Virus record (IMG/VR): IMGVR_UViG_3300043446_000435
Span: 1 to 64,000 of that record
Reading direction: 5' to 3' (one strand)
Source of the DNA: a virus
DNA: 64,000 nucleotides
The position numbers were made by a program, and so were the translations under genes. Shown in pieces: positions 37,734 to 47,718 of the stretch; position 1 is the first letter of the stretch; the number at the start of each line of letters is the position of its first letter. The notes beneath the pieces are model-generated. The model did not search any database. It was not told the origin of the DNA and saw nothing but the letters and a program-made list of their open reading frames with translations.

Positions 37734-38044
37734 TGTCTAAGCTCGTAATGGTTGATGTTTTGTCATCGTTCCGTATGCGTTATGTCGTTCAGGTGGAAGA
37801 TGATATTCGTGATGCGCTCGATGAAGTAACATGGCGCGAAACTGATGGTTCGTTCAAAGAATTCAGTCAGAAACATATTGATCCTACCGCGATCATTGAC
37901 TATCGCGAGATTACAGAAGAAGAATATCTCAAGCTCTTTGATCAAGACAACGATTATCTTGCTGGCTGGTCTGACGAACAGAAGAAATCTTTTATAAATG
38001 TAATTGAGTATAAAGAACACGAGGAGATTGACGATGGCGCTTGA
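37733..38044 (+). CDS. hypothetical protein
   Basis: Coupled ORF. Confidence 0.6.
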   Translation: MSKLVMVDVLSSFRMRYVVQVEDDIRDALDEVTWRETDGSFKEFSQKHIDPTAIIDYREITEEEYLKLFDQDNDYLAGWSDEQKKSFINVIEYKEHEEIDDGA

Positions 38045-38615
38045 TACAAACAAATGTATGGCTACGATTGTAGAAAAGATTGAAGCACAAACCACAAAAG
38101 AACGACAAGTCGACTTTCTAAAGCTGCATAGTTCTTATGCTCTTAAGGCTGTTCTCGGCTATGGTATGGATCCAGGCGTGAAGTGGTTGCTTCCAGATGG
38201 CGATCCGCCGTATCGTCCACTTTTCGATGCTTCAGACCAGGAAGGTCGTTTCTATGTCGAATGTAAGAAACTGATTTACTTCGTTGATAGCCCAGAAGGA
38301 CGTGAAGTAAAGCAATTGAAGCGTGAACAGCTGTTCATTCAAGTTCTCGAGTCGATTGATGCGCGCGATGCAAAGCTGCTTCTTCGTATGAAAAATCGTC
38401 AGATTAAGATTATGCCAGAAGCCATCGCAGAAGCGTTTCCTAATCTATGGGAAGCATGGGGTCGGAACGTGGCAAAGCCTGTCGCTCCGCTTCCTCCAGT
38501 AGTGCAGGAGGTAGAACTTGACGACTCTACGTTTCCGGAATATAATGAATCTCAAGTTCCTGTCAAACGTGGGCGCGGTCGTCCGAAAGGTTCTACTAAG
38601 AAGGCGGTAGCATGA
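38034..38615 (+). CDS. conserved T4-like protein with C-terminal AT-hook
   Basis: LPDGDPPY, KREQLFIQ.LE; KRGRGRPKGS. Confidence 0.65.
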   Translation: MALDTNKCMATIVEKIEAQTTKERQVDFLKLHSSYALKAVLGYGMDPGVKWLLPDGDPPYRPLFDASDQEGRFYVECKKLIYFVDSPEGREVKQLKREQLFIQVLESIDARDAKLLLRMKNRQIKIMPEAIAEAFPNLWEAWGRNVAKPVAPLPPVVQEVELDDSTFPEYNESQVPVKRGRGRPKGSTKKAVA

Positions 38616-39190
38616 ATACGGCATTTATCATTGGTAACGGTACGAGCCGCAAAGGCTTTGATCTTACTCGTCTGAAACAATACGGCACGGTGTTTGGTTG
38701 CAATGCGCTTTATCGTGATTTCCCTGATTACTCTCTTCCTGATTTCCTCGTTAGTATTGATGACGGTATTATTGCAGAAATAGAATCGTCATCATTCCCT
38801 TCCAAGCGTTTCATCGTTCCGCCTATCGAAGAACGATGGGAGCCTGCTGAAGCCAATCCTCGTCGTCCTCGTAGCAACGCTGGTATCAATGCTATGCGTG
38901 AAGCGATCAAGATGGGATACAATCAGCTGATTTGTCTTGGTTTTGATTTCATGGTTCATGATGCGAAACAGTCTGTTTCTAACGTCTATGACGGTACAGA
39001 TAACTACGGCATGGAAGTTCGTGCGCGAGCGGAGGATAATCCTGGGCGTGTGAACTATCTTCAGTGGCTTGTTGCAAGTAATCCTAGCGTAGACTTTATC
39101 TTTATCTTCCCAGAAGATGTGACTGTTTCGACACTCATTGGAAAAAACGTATTCGTGAACTCCTATGAGAATCTCCTAAAGCATACATAG
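38612..39190 (+). CDS. DUF115/sialyltransferase-like fold protein
   Basis: AFIIGNGTSR, GCNA.YRD, LGFD. Confidence 0.55.
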   Translation: MNTAFIIGNGTSRKGFDLTRLKQYGTVFGCNALYRDFPDYSLPDFLVSIDDGIIAEIESSSFPSKRFIVPPIEERWEPAEANPRRPRSNAGINAMREAIKMGYNQLICLGFDFMVHDAKQSVSNVYDGTDNYGMEVRARAEDNPGRVNYLQWLVASNPSVDFIFIFPEDVTVSTLIGKNVFVNSYENLLKHT

Positions 39191-39209
39191 TAGCAGAAGG
39201 AGGATATCC

Positions 39210-40595
39210 ATGGTTAAACAGATTTTTCTCGAACGTTCTGATGTAGGTAAGATGGAGCATGTTCTAGGTAAGTTCCTGGATCATGACTGCTACGACATCG
39301 TTCTTAATGAAGATACAGATGTCTATGAGCCACTGACTCCATTGCAGATTGCTATGGGTGAAACTCATAGTGAAAAGAACATCCTTTGCAAGTTTCGCAA
39401 GAATGTGTTCCCTAAAGAAATGACAGACGCAGCCTATGTCGCGCTTCGTTCTGGCGCTCTTATGTCGGACAATCGCGGGCTTGCTGCTGGTATTGAACGC
39501 GACACAGAGTTCCAGAAACTACCAGACGGTCAAGGTTCTCGTCGTTGGGTTACACAGCGCGAAAAGGCTATCTTGCAGTATATCATGGACGGTAGTCCTA
39601 AGTCGATTACTGGTGAAGATAGACTTCTTGAGATCTACGAAACTACGCCAAACAAACCATTGCAAGGTCGTGGCTCTGGAGCCAACAAAGCTGTAGCTGA
39701 AATTGGTGCTGGTGCTATCTGGATCGTTCACAAGACTACAGAGTTCAACTTCGACGATTGGTTCTTTAGCATTAAAGATCTTGACGCTGACGGACGTAGA
39801 GATAAAGCGCAGTATGTTCTTGACGAGTTGATTTCTGCTTCTACATATGCTAACGGTGTTCGTTCTGGTGTCGGTGGATTCATGGATCGTTATCCACGTA
39901 TCCCATTCTGTCGTGAAACTGGCTGGAGTGCGAATCATAAGCATCTATACGAAGATGCTCTTCCATTGTTCCAAGCTGCTGCTAATGTGTTCAAGAACGA
40001 GCTTCCTACACGATACATTGGTCAGATGGAAGCTATGGAAAAGCTAGGATCAGATTGGCAAATTGGTAATACGCCTTACACAACTTTGACGATCAATCGC
40101 GACTTCCGCACAGCAGCGCATCGTGACGTTGGTGATCTATGTGAGTCATGGGAGTCGCACGAAAACCCACGTGGCTTTTCGAATCTGCTTGTGTTAGATA
40201 ATGGTAAAGAATATGATGGTTTCTATCTGTGTTTCCCCGAGTTTCGCGTAGCAGCTAACATTCGTGCTGGTGATATGATTCTCATGAACGCTCATAGAAT
40301 CCACAGCAACTCACCTTCGTTCAATTACGAAGAAGGGTTCGAGCGTATGTCAGTCGTGATGTATTTCCGTGAGTCTATGCTTGAGTGTGGCTCTAAGAAA
40401 TATGAAGAAACTCGTAAGAACTTTGTCTATATGCGCCGTGACGATAAAACTCATCCTCTGTGGCATAGTGGATGGAACGGCGTATCGCCTGGAATGTGGG
40501 ATACTGAAGAGTGGGCGAACTATCTTGGTCACAACGGATTCCACGAAGAAGCAAATGAGTTGCTACATAAGTTAGGGCTTGAGCCAACACACTAA
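39210..40595 (+). CDS. TET/JBP-family 2OG-Fe(II) dioxygenase
   Basis: TINRDFRTAAHRDVGD (HxD), H.HSNS, ERMSVVMYFRE. Confidence 0.85.
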   Translation: MVKQIFLERSDVGKMEHVLGKFLDHDCYDIVLNEDTDVYEPLTPLQIAMGETHSEKNILCKFRKNVFPKEMTDAAYVALRSGALMSDNRGLAAGIERDTEFQKLPDGQGSRRWVTQREKAILQYIMDGSPKSITGEDRLLEIYETTPNKPLQGRGSGANKAVAEIGAGAIWIVHKTTEFNFDDWFFSIKDLDADGRRDKAQYVLDELISASTYANGVRSGVGGFMDRYPRIPFCRETGWSANHKHLYEDALPLFQAAANVFKNELPTRYIGQMEAMEKLGSDWQIGNTPYTTLTINRDFRTAAHRDVGDLCESWESHENPRGFSNLLVLDNGKEYDGFYLCFPEFRVAANIRAGDMILMNAHRIHSNSPSFNYEEGFERMSVVMYFRESMLECGSKKYEETRKNFVYMRRDDKTHPLWHSGWNGVSPGMWDTEEWANYLGHNGFHEEANELLHKLGLEPTH

Positions 40596-40609
40596 CATAA
40601 GGATTCGTC

Positions 40610-42172
40610 ATGTATTGTGTGATTCCTGCGGCAGGACGCGGTGTTCGTTTCAACGAACTAGGTAAAAACTATCCTAAATGCGTCCTGCCGTATCAGGACA
40701 TTCCGATCATTGTTCACAACATTCGTCTTGCGCTCGAGAGCGGTGCTCGTGAAGTTGCTATCGTGGTTGGACATCAGGCTAACAAGATTCGCGAGATCGT
40801 TGGGATGTATTTTCCTGACGATCCGCGCATTCGTTTCGCAGACTACCAACAGGCTGCTGGAAAAGATGGTCCTGGTGTTTCGATCTATTGTGGTATACCT
40901 AACGATATCGGCGAAGAGCCAATTCTAGTTCTGCTTTCAGATATCGTTGTTCATAATGTCGTTTGCTTTGCTGACATGAGAACATCTTGGATAACAACAC
41001 AGAAAGTTCCTGATTGGGAACGCTGGTGTATGGTAGAAACGAAAGATGGAACTGTCGTAGAGTTTCATGATAAGCCTCGCGATATGCCTCCGACTAATCT
41101 TGCAGTTAGCGGAGTCTATTATTTCACAGATGCGTCTTGGTTTCGCAGCTGTATGATTGATGCGATTCACGGGACACGTCAAGGCGAAGTTCAAATCTCT
41201 TCTGCGATGTCGCGTTACATGAAAAAGAACTCGATCTATACGAAGTCAGTCAAGATTGTTGACTTTGGTACTTTGCAGGAGTATCTTGAGAATCGTGGTG
41301 TGAAGAACTCGCGTTCGTTCAATACGCTGTTTCCATCTCCAGACGGCTCGACGATTACCAAAACTTCTGTCGTGCAGCCTGAGAAAATTCATGCTGAAGC
41401 GAACTGGTACGACAATCTTCCGACTCCTATCAAAGTGATGACGCCACGTATCTTTGACAAAAAGCTGTATGGTGATCGTCCGACTTATACGATGGAACGT
41501 GTTGATAGCCCTACTCTGCGTGAGCTTTATCTGTATCTAGAATCTGATCCTATCTTCTGGGCTGAGATTTACACGAAGCTGTTCCAGCTGACGGATAAGT
41601 TCAAGTTCTACTTCAAGCCTGGAAAACCTCAGTTCTTTAATCAAGTCGTCAAGAAAACGTTCGACAGATACGATGCGATTCGTGATGGTATTCTAGAAGA
41701 TGAAGATTACGACTTCATTGATAAGTTTGCTCGTATGGTAAGAGCAAGCGAGTTTGAAGTTTTCCCCGATTCACTATATCATGGTGATCTTTGCTTCTCA
41801 AACATTTTCTATCATCCAGGAAGCAAGCAGATCAAGATGATTGATCCTCGTGGCGAAGCGTATGGTAACATTCTGTATGACTTGGCTAAGATTACTCACT
41901 CTGCCTACTATCCATACGATTATGTTGATGCCGAGCTGTATCTCACCAAAGATGGGCAAACTATCTACTTCGATGCTGGCAAAGAACAAGCCCGCCACGC
42001 ATATAAGACTCTTTTTGTAGATAAATATGGCGAAGAAACGTGGCGTCTAACTTTGTTCTTGACAGCTTCGCTTTTTTTGAGTATGATACCTTTACATGAT
42101 CACAATGAAAGGAATCAGGAGTTATATTATGCCCTCTATCGTAAGGCGCGCTCAGACGCCGGATTTGTTTGA
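40610..42172 (+). CDS. sugar nucleotidyltransferase fused to APH/choline-kinase-like kinase
   Basis: IPAAGRGVRF...PKC, DFGT; HGDLCFSNI, MIDPRG, YDLAK. Confidence 0.85.
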   Translation: MYCVIPAAGRGVRFNELGKNYPKCVLPYQDIPIIVHNIRLALESGAREVAIVVGHQANKIREIVGMYFPDDPRIRFADYQQAAGKDGPGVSIYCGIPNDIGEEPILVLLSDIVVHNVVCFADMRTSWITTQKVPDWERWCMVETKDGTVVEFHDKPRDMPPTNLAVSGVYYFTDASWFRSCMIDAIHGTRQGEVQISSAMSRYMKKNSIYTKSVKIVDFGTLQEYLENRGVKNSRSFNTLFPSPDGSTITKTSVVQPEKIHAEANWYDNLPTPIKVMTPRIFDKKLYGDRPTYTMERVDSPTLRELYLYLESDPIFWAEIYTKLFQLTDKFKFYFKPGKPQFFNQVVKKTFDRYDAIRDGILEDEDYDFIDKFARMVRASEFEVFPDSLYHGDLCFSNIFYHPGSKQIKMIDPRGEAYGNILYDLAKITHSAYYPYDYVDAELYLTKDGQTIYFDAGKEQARHAYKTLFVDKYGEETWRLTLFLTASLFLSMIPLHDHNERNQELYYALYRKARSDAGFV

Positions 42173-42521
42173 AAACAGCCTCGTCGTCGACTTGGATCAC
42201 ACGCTCTGCGTTGGTGATCTAGGTATCGAAAGTTCTCTCATCCGCTACGCAACTGCAAAACCAATCCCAGAAACTATTCAGAAACTCCGCGAAGCTCACA
42301 AGAAAGGATGGTATATCACTATCCTTACTGCGCGTCATATGCGTTCTTGTAACAACGATGCAGAGTTTGCTTTCAACAAGCTCGGTCAGGTCACTGCTGA
42401 CTGGCTGGATCAACACAATGTTCCCTTCGATCAGCTAGTCTTTGGTAAGCCATATGGTATGTGGTATATCGACGATAAGGCAATGACCTTGGATATGTTC
42501 CTCAATGACTTCACCGCTTAA
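42129..42521 (+). CDS. HAD phosphatase (capsule-biosynthesis phosphatase type)
   Basis: DLDHTL, TAR.M, GKP, YIDDKA. Confidence 0.85.
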   Translation: MPSIVRRAQTPDLFENSLVVDLDHTLCVGDLGIESSLIRYATAKPIPETIQKLREAHKKGWYITILTARHMRSCNNDAEFAFNKLGQVTADWLDQHNVPFDQLVFGKPYGMWYIDDKAMTLDMFLNDFTA

Positions 42522-43341
42522 GATTATCATCACTACGTTCATGCGCGAGCAGCAACAGAGGGCTATCCATCAGATCCCGAAGTCGTTGCACGATCGCGTG
42601 TATATGTTCACGCGAGAAGATCGCGTAGAGGAGCTCCGTAAGCATGTTCCAGACACGATCAATATCATCGGCAATCCTATGGACATTGATGGGATTGCTG
42701 ATATCCGTCAGCGTTGCATTGATCATCCGCTAGTAGGTAAAGGTAAGGTCTGGTTCATTGACGATCTAGTCACGTTTGGCTGGCGCAACGAACAGATGAA
42801 ACAGTTCAACGGAATGGAAGAAACCGAATGGTTGAAAATGTATCAGATGGTCGAGACGCTGCTCGACGACTATATGCAAGTGGGCTTTTCTGCTCGTGGT
42901 GGAAACAATCACGTCGAGGAAGATACGAAAGAAGTCGGGAGAGCCTACACGACTTACGGGCTTCGCACAGACTTGATGCTGAAAGAGGGAATTCGCTTCG
43001 ACGGTATGTATCAGCTAAATAAAGAAGTCAAGCTCTACGAAGATTACTGGATCACACTACGGATGCTGACCAGCGGTTTCAAGAACTGCATCATCTATAA
43101 GTATTTCTTCAACTACACCCACAACAACGCGGGCGGTAACTCTACGTTCCGAACACTAGAGCTTCAGGAACAAGCCGCCCTCGAACTCAAGAAACATTTC
43201 CCACAATTCGTAACAGTAGAAACCAAGGAAGGTGCTTGGGGTAAGATGGGTATGGAGAATCGTAAAGAAGTTCGTATCCAATGGTTGAAGGCGTATCAAA
43301 GTTCTCAGTTTACAAACAATCTCGAAGAGTTCTTCGGATAA
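42505..43341 (+). CDS. TET-associated (TAGT/GREB1-like) glycosyltransferase
   Basis: I..IRQ, WFIDD, YED..TLR.L..G.KN, GGNS..RT. Confidence 0.75.
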   Translation: MTSPLKIIITTFMREQQQRAIHQIPKSLHDRVYMFTREDRVEELRKHVPDTINIIGNPMDIDGIADIRQRCIDHPLVGKGKVWFIDDLVTFGWRNEQMKQFNGMEETEWLKMYQMVETLLDDYMQVGFSARGGNNHVEEDTKEVGRAYTTYGLRTDLMLKEGIRFDGMYQLNKEVKLYEDYWITLRMLTSGFKNCIIYKYFFNYTHNNAGGNSTFRTLELQEQAALELKKHFPQFVTVETKEGAWGKMGMENRKEVRIQWLKAYQSSQFTNNLEEFFG

Positions 43342-43354
43342 GAAGGGAAAGCAT

Positions 43355-43702
43355 ATGGACTATACTCAATATATCGTCAACATCGCAGTGGTTGCTTCTA
43401 GCTGGATGATAGGTATATTTCTTGCACGTTTCGTTCTGCGTCGTTTCTTTGGTGTAAATCCAGAAGGTCCAGAAATGATGGGTGGTGGCGTAACGACGGA
43501 TGACGTTCTTGCTATCGACAAAGCAGAAATGCCATACATTCCTGTTAAGATCACTAAAGAACATGGTATCTACTATGCTTGGTTCACGAACAATGACAAG
43601 TTTATCGGACAAGCAGAAAAGGTAGAAGAACTTGAAATGATGGCTTATCGTCATCTCATGAAGCTCGTGAATCTTCGTATGGAAATCAAGGTGGATGAGT
43701 AA
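43355..43702 (+). CDS. membrane-anchored hypothetical protein
   Basis: N-terminal TM. Confidence 0.55.
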   Translation: MDYTQYIVNIAVVASSWMIGIFLARFVLRRFFGVNPEGPEMMGGGVTTDDVLAIDKAEMPYIPVKITKEHGIYYAWFTNNDKFIGQAEKVEELEMMAYRHLMKLVNLRMEIKVDE

Positions 43703-44354
43703 AGTAGCAATTATCACAGGCGCAACTAGCTGGATGGCTCTTGCGACTCATTACAAGCTGACAGACATGGGCTGGACTACAGTTCTCTGTTCGCATCAAG
43801 ATATGGATGTTGATAATCCCGAAGCAGTTTATGAATACTTCGACAAGCAGATCAAGTTCTATGGTCAGATCCACGCGGTAGTCAACATCGCAGGTAAGTC
43901 TTTAGAAAAGATGTTTCATGAAACGACTCCAGAAGAATTCGACGATATCCTCGGCGCAAATTTTAGAGGCGTTATCAATACGACTCGCGCGATCCTTCCG
44001 CACTTCATGGAGAACTATGAAGGCAATATCGTAGGCATCGTTTCTAAAGGAGCATACTGTGGGTTCCCACGAAAAAGCGCATACTCAACCGCAAAAGCAG
44101 CAATCAATATCTTCATCAAAAGTATTGCGCAGGAATACGGCTCATACAACATTCGTGCCAACACTATCTTGCCAGGATACACTAAAAATAAACGTCACTC
44201 GAAACCCAACCCGTCTTTCAGTCATGCTTCCCCGCTAGGACGTATCACTTATCCAGAAGATGTAGGTAAAGCTGTTGGATTCTTGTTATCTGACGATGCA
44301 TCGCACATCACTGGTTCGTGCTTGGACATCTCAGGCGGAACTGCACTACACTAG
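43695..44354 (+). CDS. short-chain dehydrogenase/reductase
   Basis: ITGA, VNIAG, YSTAK, IRAN.I.PG, PLGR. Confidence 0.88.
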   Translation: MSKVAIITGATSWMALATHYKLTDMGWTTVLCSHQDMDVDNPEAVYEYFDKQIKFYGQIHAVVNIAGKSLEKMFHETTPEEFDDILGANFRGVINTTRAILPHFMENYEGNIVGIVSKGAYCGFPRKSAYSTAKAAINIFIKSIAQEYGSYNIRANTILPGYTKNKRHSKPNPSFSHASPLGRITYPEDVGKAVGFLLSDDASHITGSCLDISGGTALH

Positions 44355-44363
44355 GAGAAAGAA

Positions 44364-44948
44364 ATGAAAGAACGTTATATGAAGCTATGGGCTACGCCTG
44401 TCGCTATCTTCAAGCATCCAGACTACAAAGCCCTCAACGCAGAGCTGATGTCAGCCGAGCAGGTGAAGAAACTTCGTGGTATGAACTTCATGAGCAAGCG
44501 AGACGCATGGGATCTTGTTGATGAGATTCCTGCCATGAAAGAACTGCATCGCTGGAAGCTAGAGTGCGCAGCCAAGTATGCGTCGAAGTGTTTCAACGTA
44601 GAATATAAGCCAGACTACTTCTTTCACACGCATGGCTCGATCAATTTCCGTGGTAAGGATGAAGAAGCGCCACTTCATACACATCGCCTGACGACTATCG
44701 TGACGACATACTATGTGGACGTCTTTGACGACTGCGGCGACATTCGACTCATCGATCCGCGCAGCACACTAGGCTGGATCAGTTTGGACAAGAAGGGATA
44801 CAACCAGTATACCCACAGCCCATCGAACGGCGAGATGATCATGTTCCCAGGCTGGGTGACTCATGCCGTGCTACACAACAAGACGGACAGGGAACGAGTG
44901 GCGCTTACCGGCAACATTCGGCTCAAGCCCGAGTTCGAGGTATTCTAA
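44364..44948 (+). CDS. 2OG-Fe(II) oxygenase-like (TIGR02466-type)
   Basis: HTH, DPR, MFPGW..HAV, RVA..GN. Confidence 0.8.
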   Translation: MKERYMKLWATPVAIFKHPDYKALNAELMSAEQVKKLRGMNFMSKRDAWDLVDEIPAMKELHRWKLECAAKYASKCFNVEYKPDYFFHTHGSINFRGKDEEAPLHTHRLTTIVTTYYVDVFDDCGDIRLIDPRSTLGWISLDKKGYNQYTHSPSNGEMIMFPGWVTHAVLHNKTDRERVALTGNIRLKPEFEVF

Positions 44949-44956
44949 GGGGGCCC

Positions 44957-44985
44957 TTGACAATCGCTCGAGAACCAGCTATGAT
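44957..44985 (+). promoter_or_regulatory. early sigma70 promoter; further copies at 45399-45427, 45678-45706, 46042-46070, 48761-48789
   Basis: TTGACA-17nt-TATGAT here; TAGAAT, TATCAT, TAGAAT, TATAAT in the others. Confidence 0.8.
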
Positions 44986-45010
44986 TAAGAGTTAGCTCGG
45001 AGATTGTCAA

Positions 45011-45295
45011 ATGTCTAAAGTAAACGCTCTACTCACGAAGTATAATCGCCCCAAAGACAAGAAGAAGTTCCGTAAAGTCAAGTTTAGTCCAAATAAAAAA
45101 TGGGTCGAGTATAGTTTAGATTTGATCGAAGCTAAGTCAATGTTGCAAGCAGTTGATTTTGTTACACGTTTCGATTTGTTGAAAGTTGTAAACAAAATCG
45201 AAAGTAAGATATACTTCCACGAAAATCATGCTGATTTTGACTTACGAACCGCTACAAACGATTTACGTTTAGCACGAAAGCTGTTACGCCTGTAA
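45011..45295 (+). CDS. hypothetical early protein
   Basis: GGAG RBS after promoter. Confidence 0.6.
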   Translation: MSKVNALLTKYNRPKDKKKFRKVKFSPNKKWVEYSLDLIEAKSMLQAVDFVTRFDLLKVVNKIESKIYFHENHADFDLRTATNDLRLARKLLRL

Positions 45296-45318
45296 CAGAA
45301 ATTGATACAAAAATTATT

Positions 45319-45385
45319 CTCCAGTAATTTCAGTCACTTAGCTGTCCCGTATCGCTAAGTTATTGGATTTGCTGGAGTTTTTTTT
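45319..45385 (+). terminator. long imperfect hairpin with T-run
   Basis: CTCCAG...ACTTAGC/GCTAAGT...CTGGAG followed by T8. Confidence 0.55.
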
Positions 45386-45455
45386 GGAGATTTAGCCCTT
45401 GACAACTAGCTCAAAACGAGCTAGAATTAGTATATAAGTTGGAAAGGAAGCTCAA

Positions 45456-45671
45456 ATGTCGTTCGTTATTAATCCCAATGCAAAGTCTGAAACTCGCAAT
45501 GCGCTCCAGTCCCTCGTCGATAGCTATATCGCTCAGGGGAACTCTGTAGTCGTCTGCCCCACCTACGCGAGCAAGAAACCCAAGACGTTTCGCTCGTCCT
45601 ACGGAGCTTGGGGACGTGGAGCGAAAGCTGTCACGCTCCGTAACTCTGGAGTCGCCAAGGGACGCGGATAA
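45456..45671 (+). CDS. hypothetical early protein
   Basis: AAGGA RBS after promoter. Confidence 0.6.
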   Translation: MSFVINPNAKSETRNALQSLVDSYIAQGNSVVVCPTYASKKPKTFRSSYGAWGRGAKAVTLRNSGVAKGRG

Positions 45672-45712
45672 GCGCCCTTGACAATCACGATAGCACCAGC
45701 TATCATAGCTAT

Positions 45713-45925
45713 ATGATGAAAGGAAACAAAATGACTGAACGTGAAGAGCTTATTGCTGCGGTTGAGCTTTACGAAATCCTCCTCGGGAACTATGAGCTCC
45801 AGCCCGACAACCACTCCTCGAAAGCGCTCAAGGAATTCCTCCGCGAGTGGCCCAATATCGCGAACTACGATTCCAAGGGTAACTTTATTGGAAACGTTCG
45901 TAACGAAAATGGCTGGACGCCATAA
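45713..45925 (+). CDS. hypothetical early protein
   Basis: After promoter; true start probably 45731. Confidence 0.55.
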   Translation: MMKGNKMTEREELIAAVELYEILLGNYELQPDNHSSKALKEFLREWPNIANYDSKGNFIGNVRNENGWTP

Positions 45926-46076
45926 TGAAAGGAAAGGCAATGACCAAAGACAACAAGATTGAATTCGCTCTGTTCGTTATCAATTGGCTGGCAGGATTTG
46001 GAATGGGTTTGACTGTTGCTCAGATGTTGGCAAAGTAACCCTTGACAACTGTGCGCCAACCCGCTAGAATGAATAT

Positions 46077-46316
46077 ATGATGAAAGGATGTGAAATGATT
46101 ACTGAAGCTCAAGTTCTCCGCCTCGCTGCTACGAATACGTTCCGTCCGTTCGACGATTTCGACTGGAATCAGTGGGCTGGATGTATGACTGACAATCCGA
46201 TGATCTGCGAAACTGATAAGTTCGTTATGATTATCGACGGTTCAACTCTTTCCTACGTCACGTATCCTTTCGGAGATCCAGAAGAAGTTGTGTTCCATCT
46301 TTGCGAACAGGAATAA
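46077..46316 (+). CDS. hypothetical early protein
   Basis: After promoter. Confidence 0.55.
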   Translation: MMKGCEMITEAQVLRLAATNTFRPFDDFDWNQWAGCMTDNPMICETDKFVMIIDGSTLSYVTYPFGDPEEVVFHLCEQE

Positions 46317-46321
46317 TGATT

Positions 46322-46846
46322 ATGAGCAAGAATCAATCCATGCTTAACGAAATCATCGTTAAGTATTTCCCGAAGTATAAAGGCTCAGACGCGAACGATC
46401 TCAACATCGAACGATTGATTGAGAAATGTATCGCCAAAGAATCTGGACTGACTTGGGTTGGTGATGACGGTCTTCCGTGGGATTTTGACGAAGATCAGTC
46501 TGATGCTAAGACAGGCACTTGTCGCGTCTATCTGACCAAGAAAGGGTATGACGCATGCTGCGGTGAAATATCTAGCGTCGATTCTAAGATGGGTGACTTG
46601 CGTGTCGTTATCTACAACGACTATAAGAACTCATGCGATTATTTCCTAATCCCAAACAAAGCAATCAAATCTATCGCTTCTCAGAATTACGGTAAAAACA
46701 TTAAGAAGATGCGTATTCTGTTTTCATATTCTACGAGAAACGACACATACAGTAACGGACTCGAAGTCTTTCGTAAAGATACGTTCAAAGAAATCTGTGA
46801 TAATCGTATCAAGGCGCGCCGTCAGGCTCGTCTTTGGCACAAGTGA
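46322..46846 (+). CDS. hypothetical protein, possibly PD-(D/E)xK nuclease-like
   Basis: PWDF...SDAK. Confidence 0.4.
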   Translation: MSKNQSMLNEIIVKYFPKYKGSDANDLNIERLIEKCIAKESGLTWVGDDGLPWDFDEDQSDAKTGTCRVYLTKKGYDACCGEISSVDSKMGDLRVVIYNDYKNSCDYFLIPNKAIKSIASQNYGKNIKKMRILFSYSTRNDTYSNGLEVFRKDTFKEICDNRIKARRQARLWHK

Positions 46847-46857
46847 AAGGAAATGAA

Positions 46858-47055
46858 ATGTCTATCACTGAACTCGAAGATATCGCTACTCGTATCGCTC
46901 AACTCGTAACCGACGCAGTTGAACTTGGTAAGCCGCGTCATCTGATTCTCGCAGAGTTCGAGGATTTCAGTAACGAGTTGCTCGACGAGCGCGATAATAT
47001 CGTTGCCCAAATGGAAAGAGAGTTATTCGATGACAGATACGTTTCTTCACGCTGA
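46858..47055 (+). CDS. hypothetical protein
   Basis: AAGGA RBS. Confidence 0.5.
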   Translation: MSITELEDIATRIAQLVTDAVELGKPRHLILAEFEDFSNELLDERDNIVAQMERELFDDRYVSSR

Positions 47056-47233
47056 TCCCGAACTACAAAGATTGCAGCTCGTTCAGGAATTGTATAGACG
47101 CCTGCACGATGTTCGTCGCGCGAGCGCTGTTCAGATTCCTGTCGAAGATGAATTTGAACTTGGTATCAACTGTCGTCTAGCCAACGAAGCTGAGTGGCTG
47201 GAAGATCTGCTGGATAAGATTGAGAGGAGCTGA
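47030..47233 (+). CDS. hypothetical protein
   Basis: ORF in operon. Confidence 0.5.
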   Translation: MTDTFLHADPELQRLQLVQELYRRLHDVRRASAVQIPVEDEFELGINCRLANEAEWLEDLLDKIERS

Positions 47234-47235
47234 CT

Positions 47236-47718
47236 ATGCCTAACTGGTGTTCTAACTCGTTTACCGTATCGCATGAAGATCCTGCGATGATTACCAAGTT
47301 CATCGAGTGCGTTCGTGCTGGTAATCTGTTCGAGACGTTCGTTCCGCTTTCATCTGGCGAGTGGGATTACAGTACCGCTGTCGATGAATGGAGCACGAAA
47401 TGGGATATCACCGAAGGTGATGCTCAGCTTGGATCGGAAGATGGTAAGTCATGCTATGGCTGGTTCGAGACTGCGTGGGGTCCTGGCATCCGCGCATACG
47501 AAAAGCTGAGCGAACTTGGTTTCGACGTTGATATCACTTATCTTGAGACTGGCATGTGCTTCGCTGGTCGTTTCACGTCTCCTGACGAAGACTATTGTGT
47601 CGAATACAACTTCGAAGACGAGAACTGGCGTGATGCTATCGAAGACGAAGAAGTCCTTGAGATGCTCGAAAGCGAATATGATTCTTGGAAAGAATGGCAA
47701 GAAGAGGAAGCTCAGTGA
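47236..47718 (+). CDS. DUF1281/YubB ferredoxin-like phage protein
   Basis: MPNWCSN, W.TKWD, FETAWGP, Y.E.GM.FAG. Confidence 0.75.
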   Translation: MPNWCSNSFTVSHEDPAMITKFIECVRAGNLFETFVPLSSGEWDYSTAVDEWSTKWDITEGDAQLGSEDGKSCYGWFETAWGPGIRAYEKLSELGFDVDITYLETGMCFAGRFTSPDEDYCVEYNFEDENWRDAIEDEEVLEMLESEYDSWKEWQEEEAQ

